In this document: in pieces, positions 1 to 18,429 of the stretch
How positions within the stretch are numbered: the first letter of the stretch is position 1
Layout of the letters: every line of letters begins with the position of its first letter
Assembly (NCBI RefSeq): GCF_009914755.1
Contig: NC_060926.1
Strand: one strand, 5' to 3'
Source: the human T2T-CHM13v2.0 reference genome, Homo sapiens
DNA: 64,000 bases
Translations under genes and position numbers: made by a program
Notes under the pieces: generated by a model
Seen by the model: the letters and a program-made list of their open reading frames with translations, nothing else
The model's database searches: none
Told to the model about the DNA's origin: nothing

Positions 1-826
1 ACACTACTTTCCCTTTCTCTCTCTCTTCTTTACAAAAATTGATAATTATATTTTTGTTTTTTTACATGTTTAATATAATTACAATATTTACGTATCGTTC
101 TATTGTAGTAGTCAGTATCTTGATACCGCTTCATATAAAATGAACTAATAAGCACCCCATCCTTCCTTTCCTCTTTTACCTCTTGCCTTTTTTCAGATAC
201 TTTTAAACTTTTAAATTGTCAAAGTTGCTGACATTTTGTTTTGCAGTCACATTAATGTCTTCCATATGAAGACATTAAAACAATGAAGAGTTTGTATTAG
301 TATGACTTTTTGAATGCTGTTGAGTACAAGACTAGATAATGTGCTACATAATGGTTCTACATCGACTGTTTTTGAGTCCAGTGGCTCAACTCCTGGACCC
401 CTTCAAAGAGACTATCTTTAGTACGTAGCCTCTTTTCTTCCAGTCCCTTGATTGCTAAACCCATACCACCTCTTATTTGTTTCTATATGGACCATGACTT
501 TGTTATGTTGCCTTTTGTTTTCCTTGAAGTTCCCCAACTGTCTTTTTAAAATTTTATTTTTAAAATTTTATTGTAGCAAGAACCAATGTGCCTTTATGAT
601 ATCTCTATTATTCTATCTACTCAATCATACAGTAGTCTTTTGCATGGAATTCTTTTCCAATGGACCAGTTCTTTTCCAATCTGGTCCATTTGTTCTCCAG
701 GCATGCCTTATAGCTATTACCTTAGGATTTTCCCCTTTTGGGATTGATAATAGAGATTCTTACATATTAACGTCATCTTTTTAAAAAATCTTATTTTATT
801 GGGGTACCAATTCAAGTATATATATA

Positions 827-960
827 TATTTTTTTTCTTTTTTAAGAGTCAAGGTATTGCTATGTTACCCAGGCTGGATTTGAACTCCTGAGCTCAAGCA
901 GACCTCCCACCTCAGCCTACCTAGTATCTGGGACTATAGGCATGCACTGCCATGCCTGGT
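827..960 (-). mobile_element. Alu monomer (FLAM/AluJ-like)
   Basis: Poly-T followed by Alu antisense motifs (cccaggctgg...ctcctgagctcaagc...ctcagcct). Confidence 0.8.
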
Positions 961-1377
961 TCAGATCTTAATAATGCATGTTTGGTAGCTAAACCGTCTG
1001 ATTCTTTATTTCTGGAAGGGACTTTAGTCTACTCTCACACTTGATTGTTCATTTAGATGGATATAGAATTCCAGGTTGATAAACATTTTCTGTCACAACT
1101 TTACAACTGAAGGCATTGCCCTTTTGTCTTTTACCGTTCATTTGATAAAAAGTCTGGTGGTAATCTAATTCTTACACCTTTGTAGGTGAGCATTTTTTCC
1201 TTTCCTGTGACACATTTGTGATTATCTGATCCTTAGAGATCTGAAGTTTTATCATTTGTATCTATGAGATCTTTTCCCATCCTCCTTAGTGCTCAATGAG
1301 CCTTTTCAGTCTGAAGATTCATATCTCTGAAACTATGAGAATTTTTTCCCATGTTTTTTTTTTTTTTTTTGATAACT

Positions 1378-2017
1378 GGTATAGTCATCCTCCGAGATGG
1401 TTCTGAATGATCCCTGTCTCCTGGTCCTGATGCCCTGTGTAGTCTTCTACATAGAAGTGCATGACCTATATGGCAGAAGTGAAGGTATATTGTTTCTCAT
1501 ATTAGGTAATGAAAGACGTTGTGGCTTCTGTCTTTGTTACTTTTTCTCTCTCTTGGATTACTCATTCTGGTGGAAGCCAGCTGCCATGTCATGAGTATCC
1601 CTGCGGAGGCCCATGTGAGTGAGGAACTGAGGCTTCTTGCCCCAACAGTCGTGTGAGTGAGCTTGGTTGTGAAACTTCCTGTCCCAGTTAAGCTTTTATT
1701 TAATTTTGTTATTTTTTTTCTTAAAAATTTTTTTTTTTAATTAAAGAGACAAGGTACTTTCTGTATTGCTCAGGTTGGTCTGGCCTTAAAGCAATCCTTC
1801 TGCCTCGGCCTCCCAAAGTCCAGGATTACAGGTGTGAGCCACTGCACCTGGTGCCAGTTAAGCCTTTAAATGACTGCAGGTTTGACAGCAATTTCAGGAG
1901 AGCTCCTTAGACAGAACCATACCACTAAGCTGCTCCCAGATGCCTGACCCTCAGAAACGGTTTGAGATAATTCTTTTTAAGCCACTGAGCATCAGGGTAT
2001 TTTGTTATACAGCAATA
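1378..2017 (+). mobile_element. MLT1 (ERVL-MaLR) solo LTR interrupted by an antisense Alu monomer (~1698-1853)
   Basis: MLT1-like motifs (gaagccagctgccatg, gaggaactgagg, tttgttatacagcaata); Alu flanked by the TSD ccagttaagc(t/c)ttt at 1684 and 1854. Confidence 0.7.
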
Positions 2018-4850
2018 CTTTCCTTCTTACATTTTATTCTCTTTTGGGACTCGTAATTGGATGTTGGATCTCCTAGATTGATCTTTTAATTTTTTAATGT
2101 GTTTTATCTTTTATATCATTTGTTCTTTTTGTTTTACATACATAGAGATTTCCTCTCTTCAGTATCTTGTTCTTACTATGTGTATAGAATTTTCTCTAAA
2201 AATCTTTCTGAAAGAGTTTAGGGTGTTTCTTTTTTTCTTTATCTGTTTTTCTAAATTATCCTTCTAAATTGCTTGAAAAACTTATGTTAGTCTTTCATGT
2301 TGCTAGTTTTCCTCATTTGCCTGATGATTCTTGATTGTCCTGGAGAGGTGGTCTGGGTAGCTCTTGTGGGTTTATTTTACTGAGGTGTAAAGAGGTTTGG
2401 TCCTAGTAATTGTCTCTAGTCTGTGTACATGGGTAAAGTGTGTTGACTGTCAGATTTGGATTAGGGTTGGGAGAAGGGCTGACTGCTCTAGGTCAGAGCG
2501 CCCAGATGCTAACATTCACGTTAGAAGCCCCAGTTTTCTCTAAGCTGCTTGTTCAGTTTCTTTGGATAAGAATAGGCTGGTTTTTGTTGTTGTGGATGAT
2601 CCGTTTTTTCTGTGAGGTAAATGCCAAGCCCCCTGGATGCTCTGTTTAGTCAGAGTTGGGGAAGGAATTGGGGTGCTATGTAGTGAAGTCTGTATACAGT
2701 CCTTCAAATAATTATTCTGTTTTCAGAGTCATTTTATACTTATGGCTCCTGTCTTCTGCCTCATGTGCTGATTCTGAGCCCAGAGTTGACATTCTAATGG
2801 ATAGATCAATTCTTCCTTTTCTGTAACTTTCCGATATCACATATCTTTTCTCTGTCATCATGTCTCTTTCTCCTCCAGTCTCAGAAATGTTATTGACATC
2901 TCTTATTTGCTGGTGAAATTCTCTCCTACCACTTCATCCTTTTTCTATATTCTGTGGGAATATTTCTTCATTTTTTTTTCTATCTTTATTTCAGTAGGAG
3001 TTTTTTAAAAAAGAATGCGGGACAAAAGCAGATATTTAGCCTGTAATCTTGAGTTAAATACTTAATATGTATTATTTCAGTGTATAAAGTTAATTTTTTA
3101 TAACAAAAGCACTAAATTTTTTATTAAAAGTTAGAAAACACAAATAATAAAAAATAAGAACTAATATATTTTTAGTACCAGATTTCCTAACCTAGGTTAT
3201 ACCCTTACAAGACTTTTTCTAAGTACATATGCATATAAATGCATTTTTTACCAAAATGAGGTTTTACAATGCTATTTTTTTCTTATGAAAAATTCCAAAC
3301 ATAGAGGAAAGCTGACAGAATAGTGTTGTGAACACCCATATACCAATATAACCATCACCTTGTTAACATTGTTCTGTATTTGTTCTCTTGCTTTCTCTCT
3401 ACTAAATGAAGTAAGTTGCAGACCTTACTGCTAAATACTTTTAACATGCATGCCTTAGGATTGAGAATCTTCTCTTACACAATCACAGTACATCATACCT
3501 AAGAAAATTACTTTCCTACAAAACAAAGAAAATAGCTTCAGAATATCTAACTCAGTACTATGTTAAACAATGAAATTATTGAATAAAACTTTTAAATTTC
3601 TTAAATTTAAAAAAAATGTTTAAAAAGTATAACAAATTTTAAATTGTTTACAGATTATTTTGTCCTCATTGCATCCCACCAAAGATATATAGTCAAAGTT
3701 TTGTGCTCTGAAGTTACTTAAGAGCAGTCCTTTTTTTGTCAGGTGATGTAACTAGTCTGATGTACAGTTTTAGTTCACCCATGTCAGTATGTTTGCAATT
3801 TTAAGAACTAAGAGAAAAGCTTAATTAATACTTTAAGAAATTGTTTTTATTTGCTACTTTCCACTCACAAGTGAGACAAAACAAAAACAATTTTCTGAGG
3901 AATCAATTAAGCAACGTACCCAGAGCAGATTGGGTGGTATTGCCTTGAATAAGAGAATGGTCACCTTATCCTCTGAGGAAACTGGAGGGAAGGAGGAAAG
4001 AATGGATGGAGATAGAGGTAAGTTCCACTGGCTTTAAGGGAAATGGGAAGCTCAGGCAGATGACGTTTGATTGCTTTAGTTTTCAGGGTTAGGTAAAAGG
4101 TGAGTTCTGGGTGAAAAAGAATGTGACCTGAAGTTTGGAATTGCTGAGGAGAGTGGGAGACATTGGTCATGAAAGCTGACTATAAATAAAGATTGATAAA
4201 CAATGCTTACAGCTCAGTTATAGTCAAGATCATAGATTTGAATGTCATAAGTGCAAAGTTATTGACTCCATGTCCTAATTTTTGGAAGGTTTGACCTCTT
4301 TTGGCAGTAGCCAGGGCACAGGAAGAACAATTGAGGGATCAGGCAAATATGATTGCTAGCAAACAGAGGCAGTTCACAGAAGTCTTCAGGATAATGAGCT
4401 CTACTTTCTCCCAGTCTCGGTTCTTGTATGCTGCAGTGGTGACAGGTGAGGCAATAAAGATTTACGGGCATTTCATTTGTTTATGTTGGCCATGGCCACA
4501 CCACTAGGATTCCAGATCACACTGATTCTGTATTCCCTTTATTTATAACAGTCTCTTTCCAGAGATATCTGACCCCAAAAAGCCTGTTTGAGACCCCATT
4601 TTCACCCATTGCTCAAGATAAAACTTGCAAAGTCACATGTTGTTCTGCTTTTAATGACTATTTACATGTCACTTTTTGTACTATAGTATTATTAACACAC
4701 GAAGCAGGGCCTATACCTGAAGTAGTATTAATACTTGGCAGCAGTACTGATACAATTTAACCTTAGCCAGATCCTCTCCCTCATTTGTCAAATTCCTTTT
4801 TTTGTGTGTCTTATTTCATATCTGTGTTGTAAGGACATAAATAATCTGTA

Positions 4851-5343
4851 TAGTAGTATCTCCTTATCACTGGGGATCTGTTCCAAGGCCCCCAGAGGAT
4901 GGCTGAAACTAACCATGGGTAGTATCAAACCCCATATATACTGTTTTTTTCCTATACATGATAAAGTTTATAAATTAAGCACAGTAAGAGATTAGCAACA
5001 CAATAATAAAATAGAACAATTACAACAGTATGCCAGCATCACTGCTCTTATACTTTGGGGCCATTATTAAGTAAAATAAGTGTTACTTGAACACAAGCAT
5101 TGGGATATTACAGCAGTTGATCTGATAACAGAAATGGATATGCTGGACAAAGGGATGATTCACATCCTGGACAGGACCAAATGGGACAGTATGAGATTTC
5201 ATCACGCTACTCAAAATGGTGCATAGTTTAAAATTTTTGAATTGTTTATTTCCGAAATTTTCCATTTAATATTTTCTGACCATGGTTGACCACAGGTAAC
5301 TGAAACCATGGAAAGTGAAATCCTAGATAAGGGGAGACTACTG
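4851..5343 (-). mobile_element. MER44/Tigger7-type non-autonomous DNA transposon
   Basis: Terminal inverted repeats (t/c)agtagt..ccttatc / gataagggga gactactg flanked by TA on both sides. Confidence 0.8.
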
Positions 5344-6063
5344 TAGTTGCTCCTTTTTATTGTGTCTATATCTTTGTATATAACAAAAATTCTAATGTAG
5401 AAGCATAACATACAAAATATTTCAAATTTATAACATACAGTATGTTATAAATCCTCTAATCAAATATAGTACATTATTAGGTAGTTTAAGTATGAAAACT
5501 TTTCTCTCTGAATGCAACACATTTCTACTGTGATTAGCACTCTTGCCTATCTGTTTAATGCCTTTCTCTAGTTATCAAGTTTCCTACATGAAGAGGCAGT
5601 ATTACTTCTGCATTTCCTTTCATCCTTCTTTCTTGATCATTATCCTCCCCACCACCTTTTTTAATTTTTACTAGCCATCTATGTGTAGGAGTCAAGGTGT
5701 TAGATTATAACCTTGATCCATTAAGATTTGTCCGGTTTGTCAGATAGGTATAGCTGAAATGCAACAGAATTACGTTCCCAGTGAGAGTTCAGGTACTTAA
5801 TAAAGAATAAGAATTTATTTGGGAATTACTTTCTGTTATTACACATATTACATTTTAATTGTAAAATTTATACAGTACAGAAAAGCCTCAAGAAGGAACA
5901 ATTTTATCCCTGATCCCACTATCCAAATAACATGTACACTACTGATTATACTATATAGCACAATTTTATGCCATGCCTTTTTACCCAATATTTTAGTGTA
6001 AGAATTTCCCTACATTATTATTGAAAGCTTCTTGTAACTATTAAAGTCTGTACTTCTTTGGGG

Positions 6064-6300
6064 AAGCAGTATAGTGTAGTGGTTGTGAGCATGGACTCTG
6101 GAGCCTGACTGGGTTTATAGCTCAGCCACACTCCATTGCCTCGAGTAATTTACTTAACTTCTCTCTGCCTCGTTTTCACATTGTTACAAAGGAATTTTTA
6201 TACTACCTCATAGGGTTGAGAGGGTCAAATGTACGTACATTTAAAATGCTTAGAATAGAATGGTACATAATAAGCATTATATAAACGTTGGCTATTGCTG
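6064..6300 (+). mobile_element. MIR SINE
   Basis: gcagtatagtgtagtggtt..agcatggactctggagcc..ttacttaacttctct..cctc core. Confidence 0.75.
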
Positions 6301-6489
6301 TCATCATTTTTATTCTACAGCTTGCTTAATCATTCACCCACAAGTGGACTGTGTAGGGTTTTTTTTTCTAATATTAATGATAATAAACATTATGTACATA
6401 CAGTTTTTCCTCTATTTTTGGTCTGGGTCCAAGAGTATGAATTTTGGTGGTTGATCATGATGAGGATGAAACATATTTTTGTATGTTAA

Positions 6490-6670
6490 CTGTGTACTCA
6501 GCACTGTGATAATACATTCTGTATATTGCATTTTGTCTTGACACATCCATGAGATAGGTAGTATTATCCCACATACAGATGCCTAGGCTTAGAGAGATTA
6601 AGTAAATTTGAGGTTATACAGTAGTAAGTGTGGAACAAGAGCTATTAATCAAGAAGTTTTGCATGCTCTT
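6490..6670 (-). mobile_element. MIR SINE fragment
   Basis: atgagataggtagtattatccc..acagatg..ggcttagagagattaagtaa antisense core. Confidence 0.6.
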
Positions 6671-8866
6671 TACTATTTCTTCATATTAAAGCAAATTGAG
6701 GAGAGTATGCCCCCCCCACCCCGCTACAGGGTATGCGCCCCCCGCCCCCCCCCACACACAGTTGGTAGCCTATAGATAGGAAGGGATAGATATGAGATCA
6801 ATTGCAAAATAAGAATTAATAGACCTGATGGTTGGTTGAGTGCTTCAGGCACAGGATAGAAGTGATATTCTGAGTGTTGGGAAAAGTTTTATTTTTTTAT
6901 TTTTAAAAAACAGAGTGAAAACACTCCATTTCCAATAGACACAGCAAAAATCCTTGCTGTGACTCTACCACTCTTGTGTGGTTGTACAGTCAGTCCCACC
7001 TAAATCGTAGGAATTGAAAAGGGTGGTGAAGGAGTGATTTTTGTCAACAAAAATTGAGGCCTGTTGTTTGTTATCAGAAAGGACAATAGCTACTGGGTGG
7101 ATAAGAACAGCATCTTACATTAAGATTTCCTTTGGAAAGTAGGAGAGTCTGAGCTGAGAGCAGCCACATTGCAGGATTTGGTTGACTTTTATTGTTGTTA
7201 TAGATGGAAGGAGTTGTTTTATTTAATAATACAGTTTAATTTGTGATTTGTCCTTTTATTTTTAACAGTATAAGCAAATACGTATATATTTGCTTTGTGT
7301 GCTACCATTTATATAAGAAGTAGGGCTGGAGATATGAATATATCTTCTTATATAAATATATATAATTATGTATATTGAGATATAAAATATTTAATTTTTC
7401 CTAGAGTCCCTTTCTTAGGTAAGTGTATACCTTTCTTAGGTAACACATATGTACACTTTCCCTACCTTGCTTTTTCACTTAATGTCATATCCAGGAGATC
7501 CTACCATGCAGTGTGTAGAGATACTCTTCATTCTTTTAAAAAAATTTAATATTTACAAAAATTTATACATAATAACTACATATTTATGAGGCACATGTGA
7601 TATTTTGATACATGAATATGGTGTGTAATGATCAAATCAGGGTAATTAGGATGTCTGTCAGCTCAAACATTTATCATTTCTTTGTGTTAGGAACATTTCA
7701 AATCTTTTAGTTATTTTTAAATACATAATTAATTATTGTTAACTATCGTTACCCAACTGTGCTATCAAACACTATTCCTTCTATAACTGTATGTTTGTAC
7801 GCATTAACCAACCTCTCTTCATATCCTCCTCCCCAACCCTTCCCAGCGTCTGGTAACCATCATTTTGCTGTCTACTTTCACAGGATTCACTTTTTAAATT
7901 CCCACATACGAGTAAGAAAAAGTGATATTTGTCTTTCTGTGCCTCGCTTGTTTCACTTAACATAATGACTTCCAGTTCCATCCATGTTGCTGTAAATGAC
8001 AGGATTTCACTCTTTTTATGGCTAAATAATGTTCCATTCTATACACACACACACCCACCACATTTTCTTTGTTCATCTGTTGATAGAAACTTAGGGTGCT
8101 GTCTTCACTATTGTGATAACAATAAACATGGACACGCAGCTGGCTCTTCAATATACTGATTTCTTTTCTTTTGAATATATACCCAGCACTTGGATTGCTG
8201 GGTCATTTGGTAGATCTATTTTTACTTTTTTGAGGAACCTCCATACTGTTTTTCATAGTTGCTATACTAATTTACATTCTTACTAGTAGTATACAAGCAT
8301 GCCCTTTCTCTACATCCTTGCCAGCATCTGTGATTGTTTTCTTTTTGATAATAGCTATTTTAACTGGGGTGAGATGGATGATATCTTGTTGCAGTTTTGA
8401 TTTGTATTCCCAGAGGATTAATCATGTTGACCTTTTTGTTTTTTATATGCCTGTTTGGCCATTTGTATGTCTTTTTTGAGAAATGACTTATCAGATAATA
8501 TGTCCATTTTCAAATTGGATTATTTTCTGCTATTAACTTGTTTGAGTTTCTTCTGTATTCTAGTTATTAATCCTTTGTCCCATGGATAGTTTACAGATAT
8601 TTTCTCTCATACTGTAGGTTGTCTCTTCACTCTGTTGATTGTTTTCTTTGCTGTACAAAAGCTTTCTAGCTGATATAACCCCATTTATCTATTTTTGCTT
8701 TTGTTGCTTGTACTTTTGATGTCGTACACAAAAAAATCTTTACTCAGACCAATGCTTTAAGCATTTCCACAGTGGTTTCTTCTAGTAATTTCATGATTTG
8801 AGGTATTAGAAAGTCTTTAATCCATTTGGATTTGATTTTTGAATATATTGAGAGATAAGGGTCTAG

Positions 8867-9327
<461 letters not shown>

Positions 9328-9804
9328 TGTGTCTGTTTTTTATACCAGTACCATGCTATTTTGATTAATATAGCTTTGTAGTATATTTTGATGTCAGGAA
9401 GTATGATGCCTCCAGCTTTTTTTTTTTTTTTTTTTGGCTCAGGATTGCTTTGGCTATTCAGGATGTTTTGTGGTTCCATATCATATGAATTTTTCTATCT
9501 CTTTTTCTACCTCTGTGAAGAATGTCATTGGTATTGATAGGGGATTGCATTGTGTAGATCACTTTTGGTAGTGTGGTCATTTTCACAGTATTCTTCCAAT
9601 CCATGACATGAGATGTCTGTCCATTTTTTGGTGATGACTTCAATTTCTTTCATCAGTGTTTTATAGTTTTCCTTGTAGGAGCTTTTACCTCCTTGGTTAA
9701 ACTTGTTCCTAGGTTTTTTTTTTTTTTTTTTTGTAGCTGTTGTGAGTTTTTTTCTTGATTTCTTTTTCTGCTAGTTTATTATTGATGTATAGAAACACTA
9801 CTGA

Positions 9805-12997
<3,193 letters not shown>

Positions 12998-14295
12998 GAA
13001 ACACTACTGATTTTTCTATGTTAATTTTGTATCCTGAAGCTTTACTGAATTTGCTTATCAGTTCTAAGAGTTTCTTGGCAAAGCTTTTAGGATTTTCTAT
13101 ATGTAAAGTCAAGTCATTTGCACTTAGTGACAATTTGACTTCCTCCTTTTCCATTTGGATGCCCATTATTTCTCTTGCCTAAATGCTCTGGCTAAGACTT
13201 TCAGTTCTGTGTTGGAAAAGAGTGGTGAGAGTGGGCATCCTTGTCTTGTTCCAGTTCTTGGAGGAAAAGCTTTCAGCTTTTCCTTATTCAGTATAATGTT
13301 AGCTCTGGACTTGTCATATACAGTCATCATTGTGTTGACATACCTCCATCTATACCTAGTTTGTTGAGGGTTATCATGAAGGGATGTTGAATTTTGTCAA
13401 ATGCTTTTTCTGCATCTTTTGAGATGATTGTATAATTTTTGTCCTTCATTGTGTTGCTGTGATGTATCACGTTTATTGATTTGCATATGTTTAACAATTC
13501 TTGCATCCTTGGAATAAATCACATTTGATCATGGTGAGTGATCTTTTAGCTTTCTAGTATGTGTTAAGGATTTTTTGCATCTGTGTTCATCAGGGATATT
13601 GGCTTATAGTTTTTTTGTTATGTCTTTGTCTGTTTTTTGTATCATGGTAATGCTTGCCTTGTAGAATGAGTTCAGAATAATTCCCTTCTTATTTTTCTGG
13701 AAGAGTTTGAGAAGAATTGGTACTGGTTCTTTAACATTTTGGCAGAATTTAGCAGTGAAGTCATGTGGTCCTGGGCTTTTCTTTGATGGGAGACTTTTTA
13801 TTACTGATTCAATCTCATTACTCAATATTTATCTGTTCAGATTTTTAATTTCTTCTTGGTTCAATTTTGGTAGGTTGTATGTGTCCAGGAATTTATCCAT
13901 TTCTTTCAGGTTTTCCAATTGGTTGGCATATAGTTGTTCATAATAGTCTCTAATGACCCTTTGTATTTCCGTGGCATCGTTTGTAATGTTTCTTATTCAT
14001 TTCTGATTTTATTTTGAGTCTTTTCTCATTTTTCCTTGGTTAGTATAGCTAATGGTTTGTCAATTTTATCTTTTCACAAAACCAGCCTTTCGTTTCATTG
14101 ATCTTTTGCATTTTTTAACTCTCAATTTTATTTATTTCAGCTCTGATCTTTATTATTTCCTTCCTCTTGCTAATTTTAAGTTTGGTTTATTTTTGCTTTT
14201 CTGGTTCCTTGAGATACATTATTAGGTTGTTTATTTGAAATCTTTCTACTTTTTCAATGTAGGTGTTTATTGCTATAAACTTCCTTTTAATTCTA

Positions 14296-14700
<405 letters not shown>

Positions 14701-15142
14701 TCAGGAACATGTTATTTAATTTCCATGTATTTGTACAGTTTCAAAAGTTCCTCGTTATTAATTTCCAGTTATATTCCATTGTGGTCAGAAAATATACTTG
14801 ATCTGATTTAAATTCCATTAAGTTTGTTGTGACTTGTTTTTTGGCCTAACGTGATCTATCCTGGAAAATGTTCCATGTGCTAATGAAAAGAATGTGTATT
14901 CTGCTGCTTTTGTTGAAATGTTCTGTAAAAGTCTGTTAGGTCTATTTGGCTTAAAGTGCAGTTTAAATTCAGTGTTTCTTTGTTGATTTTCTGTTTAGAT
15001 GATTTGTCTAGTACTGAGAGTGGGCTGTTGCCAACGATTATTGTATTGGAGTCTGTCTCTTCCTTGATATCTAATATTTGCTTTGTGTATTTGGGTGCTC
15101 TGGCATTGAGTGCATATGTATTTAGAATTGTTGTATCCTCTT

Positions 15143-15290
15143 GTCTGGGTGTGGTACCTTGTGTCTGTAGTCTCAGCTACCCAGGAGGCTGAGATGGGAG
15201 GATTACATGAGGCTAGGAGTTCAAGACTGCAGTATGCTATGATTGTATCTGGGCAAGAGAGCAGCAAGACTCTGTCTCTAAAAAAACAAA
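15143..15290 (+). mobile_element. Alu monomer (FLAM/FAM-like)
   Basis: Monomer motifs followed by an A tail. Confidence 0.75.
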
Positions 15291-16741
15291 CAGGAATTCA
15301 GAATTCCTTTTTGGATCTGCAATTATCTGGATCTGCATATATCTGGATCTGCAATTAAAAACATATATATATATATATTCTCTTTTTGAACTGATCTCTT
15401 TATCATTATATAATGACCATTTTTTTCTCTTTTTACAGTTTTGGACTTAAAGCCTGTTTTATCTGCATGTTTTTCTTTTTCATTTGCTTGAAATTTTTTT
15501 TTTAATTCCTTTACTTTCAGTTTATATGTGTTTTTACTGGCAAAGTGAATTTCTTGTAGGCAGCATATAGTTGGGCCACTTTTTTTTTTAAATCCATACA
15601 GGCAGTGTGTATGCTTTAAGTGGAGAATTTAATTGGTTTACATTCAAGTTTATTATTGATAGATGAGGGCTTTTTGTTGTTGTTAATTGTTTTCTGGTTG
15701 TGTATCCTTTGTTCCTTTCTTCCTCTCTTATTGTTTATCATTGTGTTTTAGTGATTTTCTGTAGTGATAATGTTTGATTTTTTTTTTTATTTCTACTATG
15801 TGTATCTGGTCTGCCAGTGAGTTTTATACTTTTTCATTTTTTCATGATGGTGATTATTGCATTTTTGTTTCCACATGCAGGACTCTCCTGAGCATTTCTT
15901 GTAAGTTTGGTCTAGTGGTGATGAATTCCCTCAGTTTCTCCTTGTCTAGGAGAGACTTTATTTCTCCATTATTTCTGTAGGATAGCTTTGCTGGGTGTAG
16001 TATTTTTGGTAGGCAATTCTTTTCTTTCAAAATTTCAGAACTTTGAAAATATCTATTTTTTACTGGCCTATAAGGTTTTTGCTGAGAAATCTGTTCTTAG
16101 TCTAATGGGGATTCCCTTATATGTAACTTGATGCTTTTCTCTTGCTGTTTTTAGAATTGTCTCTGTCTTTCACTTTTTACAATTTGACTATGTTTGCCTT
16201 GGGGAGGACCTTTTTGAGTCTAATCTATTTGAGAACTTTTGAGCTTCTTGGATCTAGATGTCCATATTTCTTCCCAGGCTTGGGAATTTTTCAGGTGTTA
16301 CTGGTTTTCTATGCCATTTTTATCTCTTCTTAATTGTTCACTTAATGGTGTTCCATAAATCTTATAGGCTTTTTTCACTCTTGTATTCTTTTCCCCCTCA
16401 AGTAATTTTAAATGACTTATCTTCACGTTCAGAGATTCCTTTTTCTACTTGATCAAGTCTGCTGTTGAAGCTTTCTGTGGTATTTTTTTGTTTGATTTAT
16501 TCAGCTGTTTGTTTGGTTCAACTCTTTTGGATTTTTGTTTGGTTCTTTTTCATGATATCTGTCTCTTTGTTGAATTTCTTATGCATAAGAAATTTTCCTG
16601 ATTCTATTGAATTATATATCTGTATTTTCTTGTATCTAATTGAGTTTCCTTAAAATTCGTCTTTTGAATTTTTTTTCCTGGCAATTTGTTGATTTCCTTT
16701 TCATTTGGGTCTGTTACTAGAGAGATACGAAGTTCAAAATC

Positions 16742-17310
16742 TATATTAGGTTTTTCCAGAGGGACAGAAATGGTAGGATATGTATATATGAAAGGGAGTT
16801 TACTGGGGAGAATTGGCTTACATAATTACAAAGGTGACATCCCATGATCGGCCATCTGCAAGCCGGGGGATGAGAAAAGCTAGTACCATGGTTCATTCCA
16901 AGTCTAAAACCCTCAAAACCAGAGAAGCTGACAGTACAGTACCCGGTCTGAGACTGAAGGCCTGCAAACCCCCAAGAGTCTTTTGTTACAGGTCCCAAAG
17001 CCCAAAGGCCAAAGAACCTGTGTCAAATGTCCAAGGGCAGGAGGAGAAAAGGTGTTCTGCTCTGGGAGGGAGAGAGAGAGAGGAAACCAAGCAAGCTGAA
17101 TATCACCCTTCTGCCTGCTTTGTTCTAGCTTTACCCACAGTCTGTTGGATAGTGCTCGCCCACAATGATGGCAGATGTTCCTCTTTCATTCACTGACTCA
17201 CATGTCATTCTCCTCTGGAAAACCCTCACAGACACACCCAGAAACAATGTTCCACCAGCCATCTAGGCATCCCTCAATGCAGTCAAATTGACACCTCGTA
17301 TTAGCCATCA
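16742..17310 (-). mobile_element. MLT2A-like (ERVL) solo LTR nested in L1M
   Basis: Reverse complement starts TGATGGCTAATACGAGGTGTCAATTTGACTG, like the MLT2A 5' end; other end tattaggtttttccagagggacagaa. Confidence 0.75.
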
Positions 17311-18429
17311 GTTCATTTTGTCGTGTCATATTTCCTTGCTTTTTCATGTTTCTTATGTCACTGCATTGATATCTGTACATCTTGTGGAATTGTTGTGTCT
17401 TCTGAACTTCCTAGATTGGCTTTTGTAGAGAATGATTCACCTGCAGTTGAATCTTAGTGTGCTGGCTGGGAAAGATGTGGTGACTCTGTTTCTGGGTGGG
17501 TATAGTGGTATAACTTCCATGCAGCTTCTCTGGTGGTGTTCAACATCAGCAATAACTGTGGCCTAGGCTATAGAAGTTTGTGGTAGCAGCAGTGGTGACA
17601 TAGGCTGTTAATGTCCTTGGTGGCAAGGCCTTTTGGGCTCCGCCTATTCTCATTTTCTCCACAGTGGGGAGACTTACCCAAGGGGATCCCTCTTGGTGTC
17701 ATGTCTTTCATGGACTGTGAGTACCAGTAGCAGCGCTGGGTTCCAGGTGCAGGTGCTTGGAGGGGCTGTGGGGCCTGGGTTTCATGAACCTATTATGGCA
17801 CTTGGGTCTTGGCATGCCATTTTGCTCTCTGTTGTAGGGGTAGATTTAGGTTGCCACAGAGTCAGGATCTGTGACTCTGAGGCACCTTCTAGCAGCTTGG
17901 ATTCAGGGAGTTGGGTTGTTTACCCCGGGGGAACAGGTCACATCTTGCCTCTGGGGAAGAAAGGGTGCTCCTGAGGTTTGAGCCCAGGGTGCAGGGTATA
18001 GCCACTATTTGGGAGTCTGAGCCAGTAGGGCTTAGTAGCAGCCATGTCCCTGGGGATGTAGTACTGTGTAGTGGTTACCTTAGACCCTGTGATGGTGGGG
18101 CTTGGCAGTATCCCAGACTCTGTGATCCCAGGTGCAGTGTCAGCAAGTATGTCAGAATGGCCAAATACAGATGTCATTTGGGCCCTTGAGGGTTATGGAG
18201 CAGCACAGCAGGGAGTCCACTCCCCATGGAGAAGGGTGTCTCAGCAGCTCAGACTCTAGGGGCTAGTCTAGCTCCAGGGAAGCAAGTTACTAGAGTTGTT
18301 TGACCTGTATGGAGGAATGTCTCAGCTCAGCCACTGCTCTGTTTTCCTGGGATGAGGGGTGTTATATCGGCCTAGCCCTAGACTCTGTAGCTCAGCCAGG
18401 GCATCAGTTCCCCAGGAGGTATTGTACTG

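Noticed and set aside
6705-6760. C-rich tract, a potential minus-strand G-quadruplex
   Set aside because: Low-complexity duplicated C-run with no supporting context
17633-18259. ORF cluster in a GC-richer segment
   Set aside because: Best explained as a degraded L1M 5'UTR; no splice or homology support
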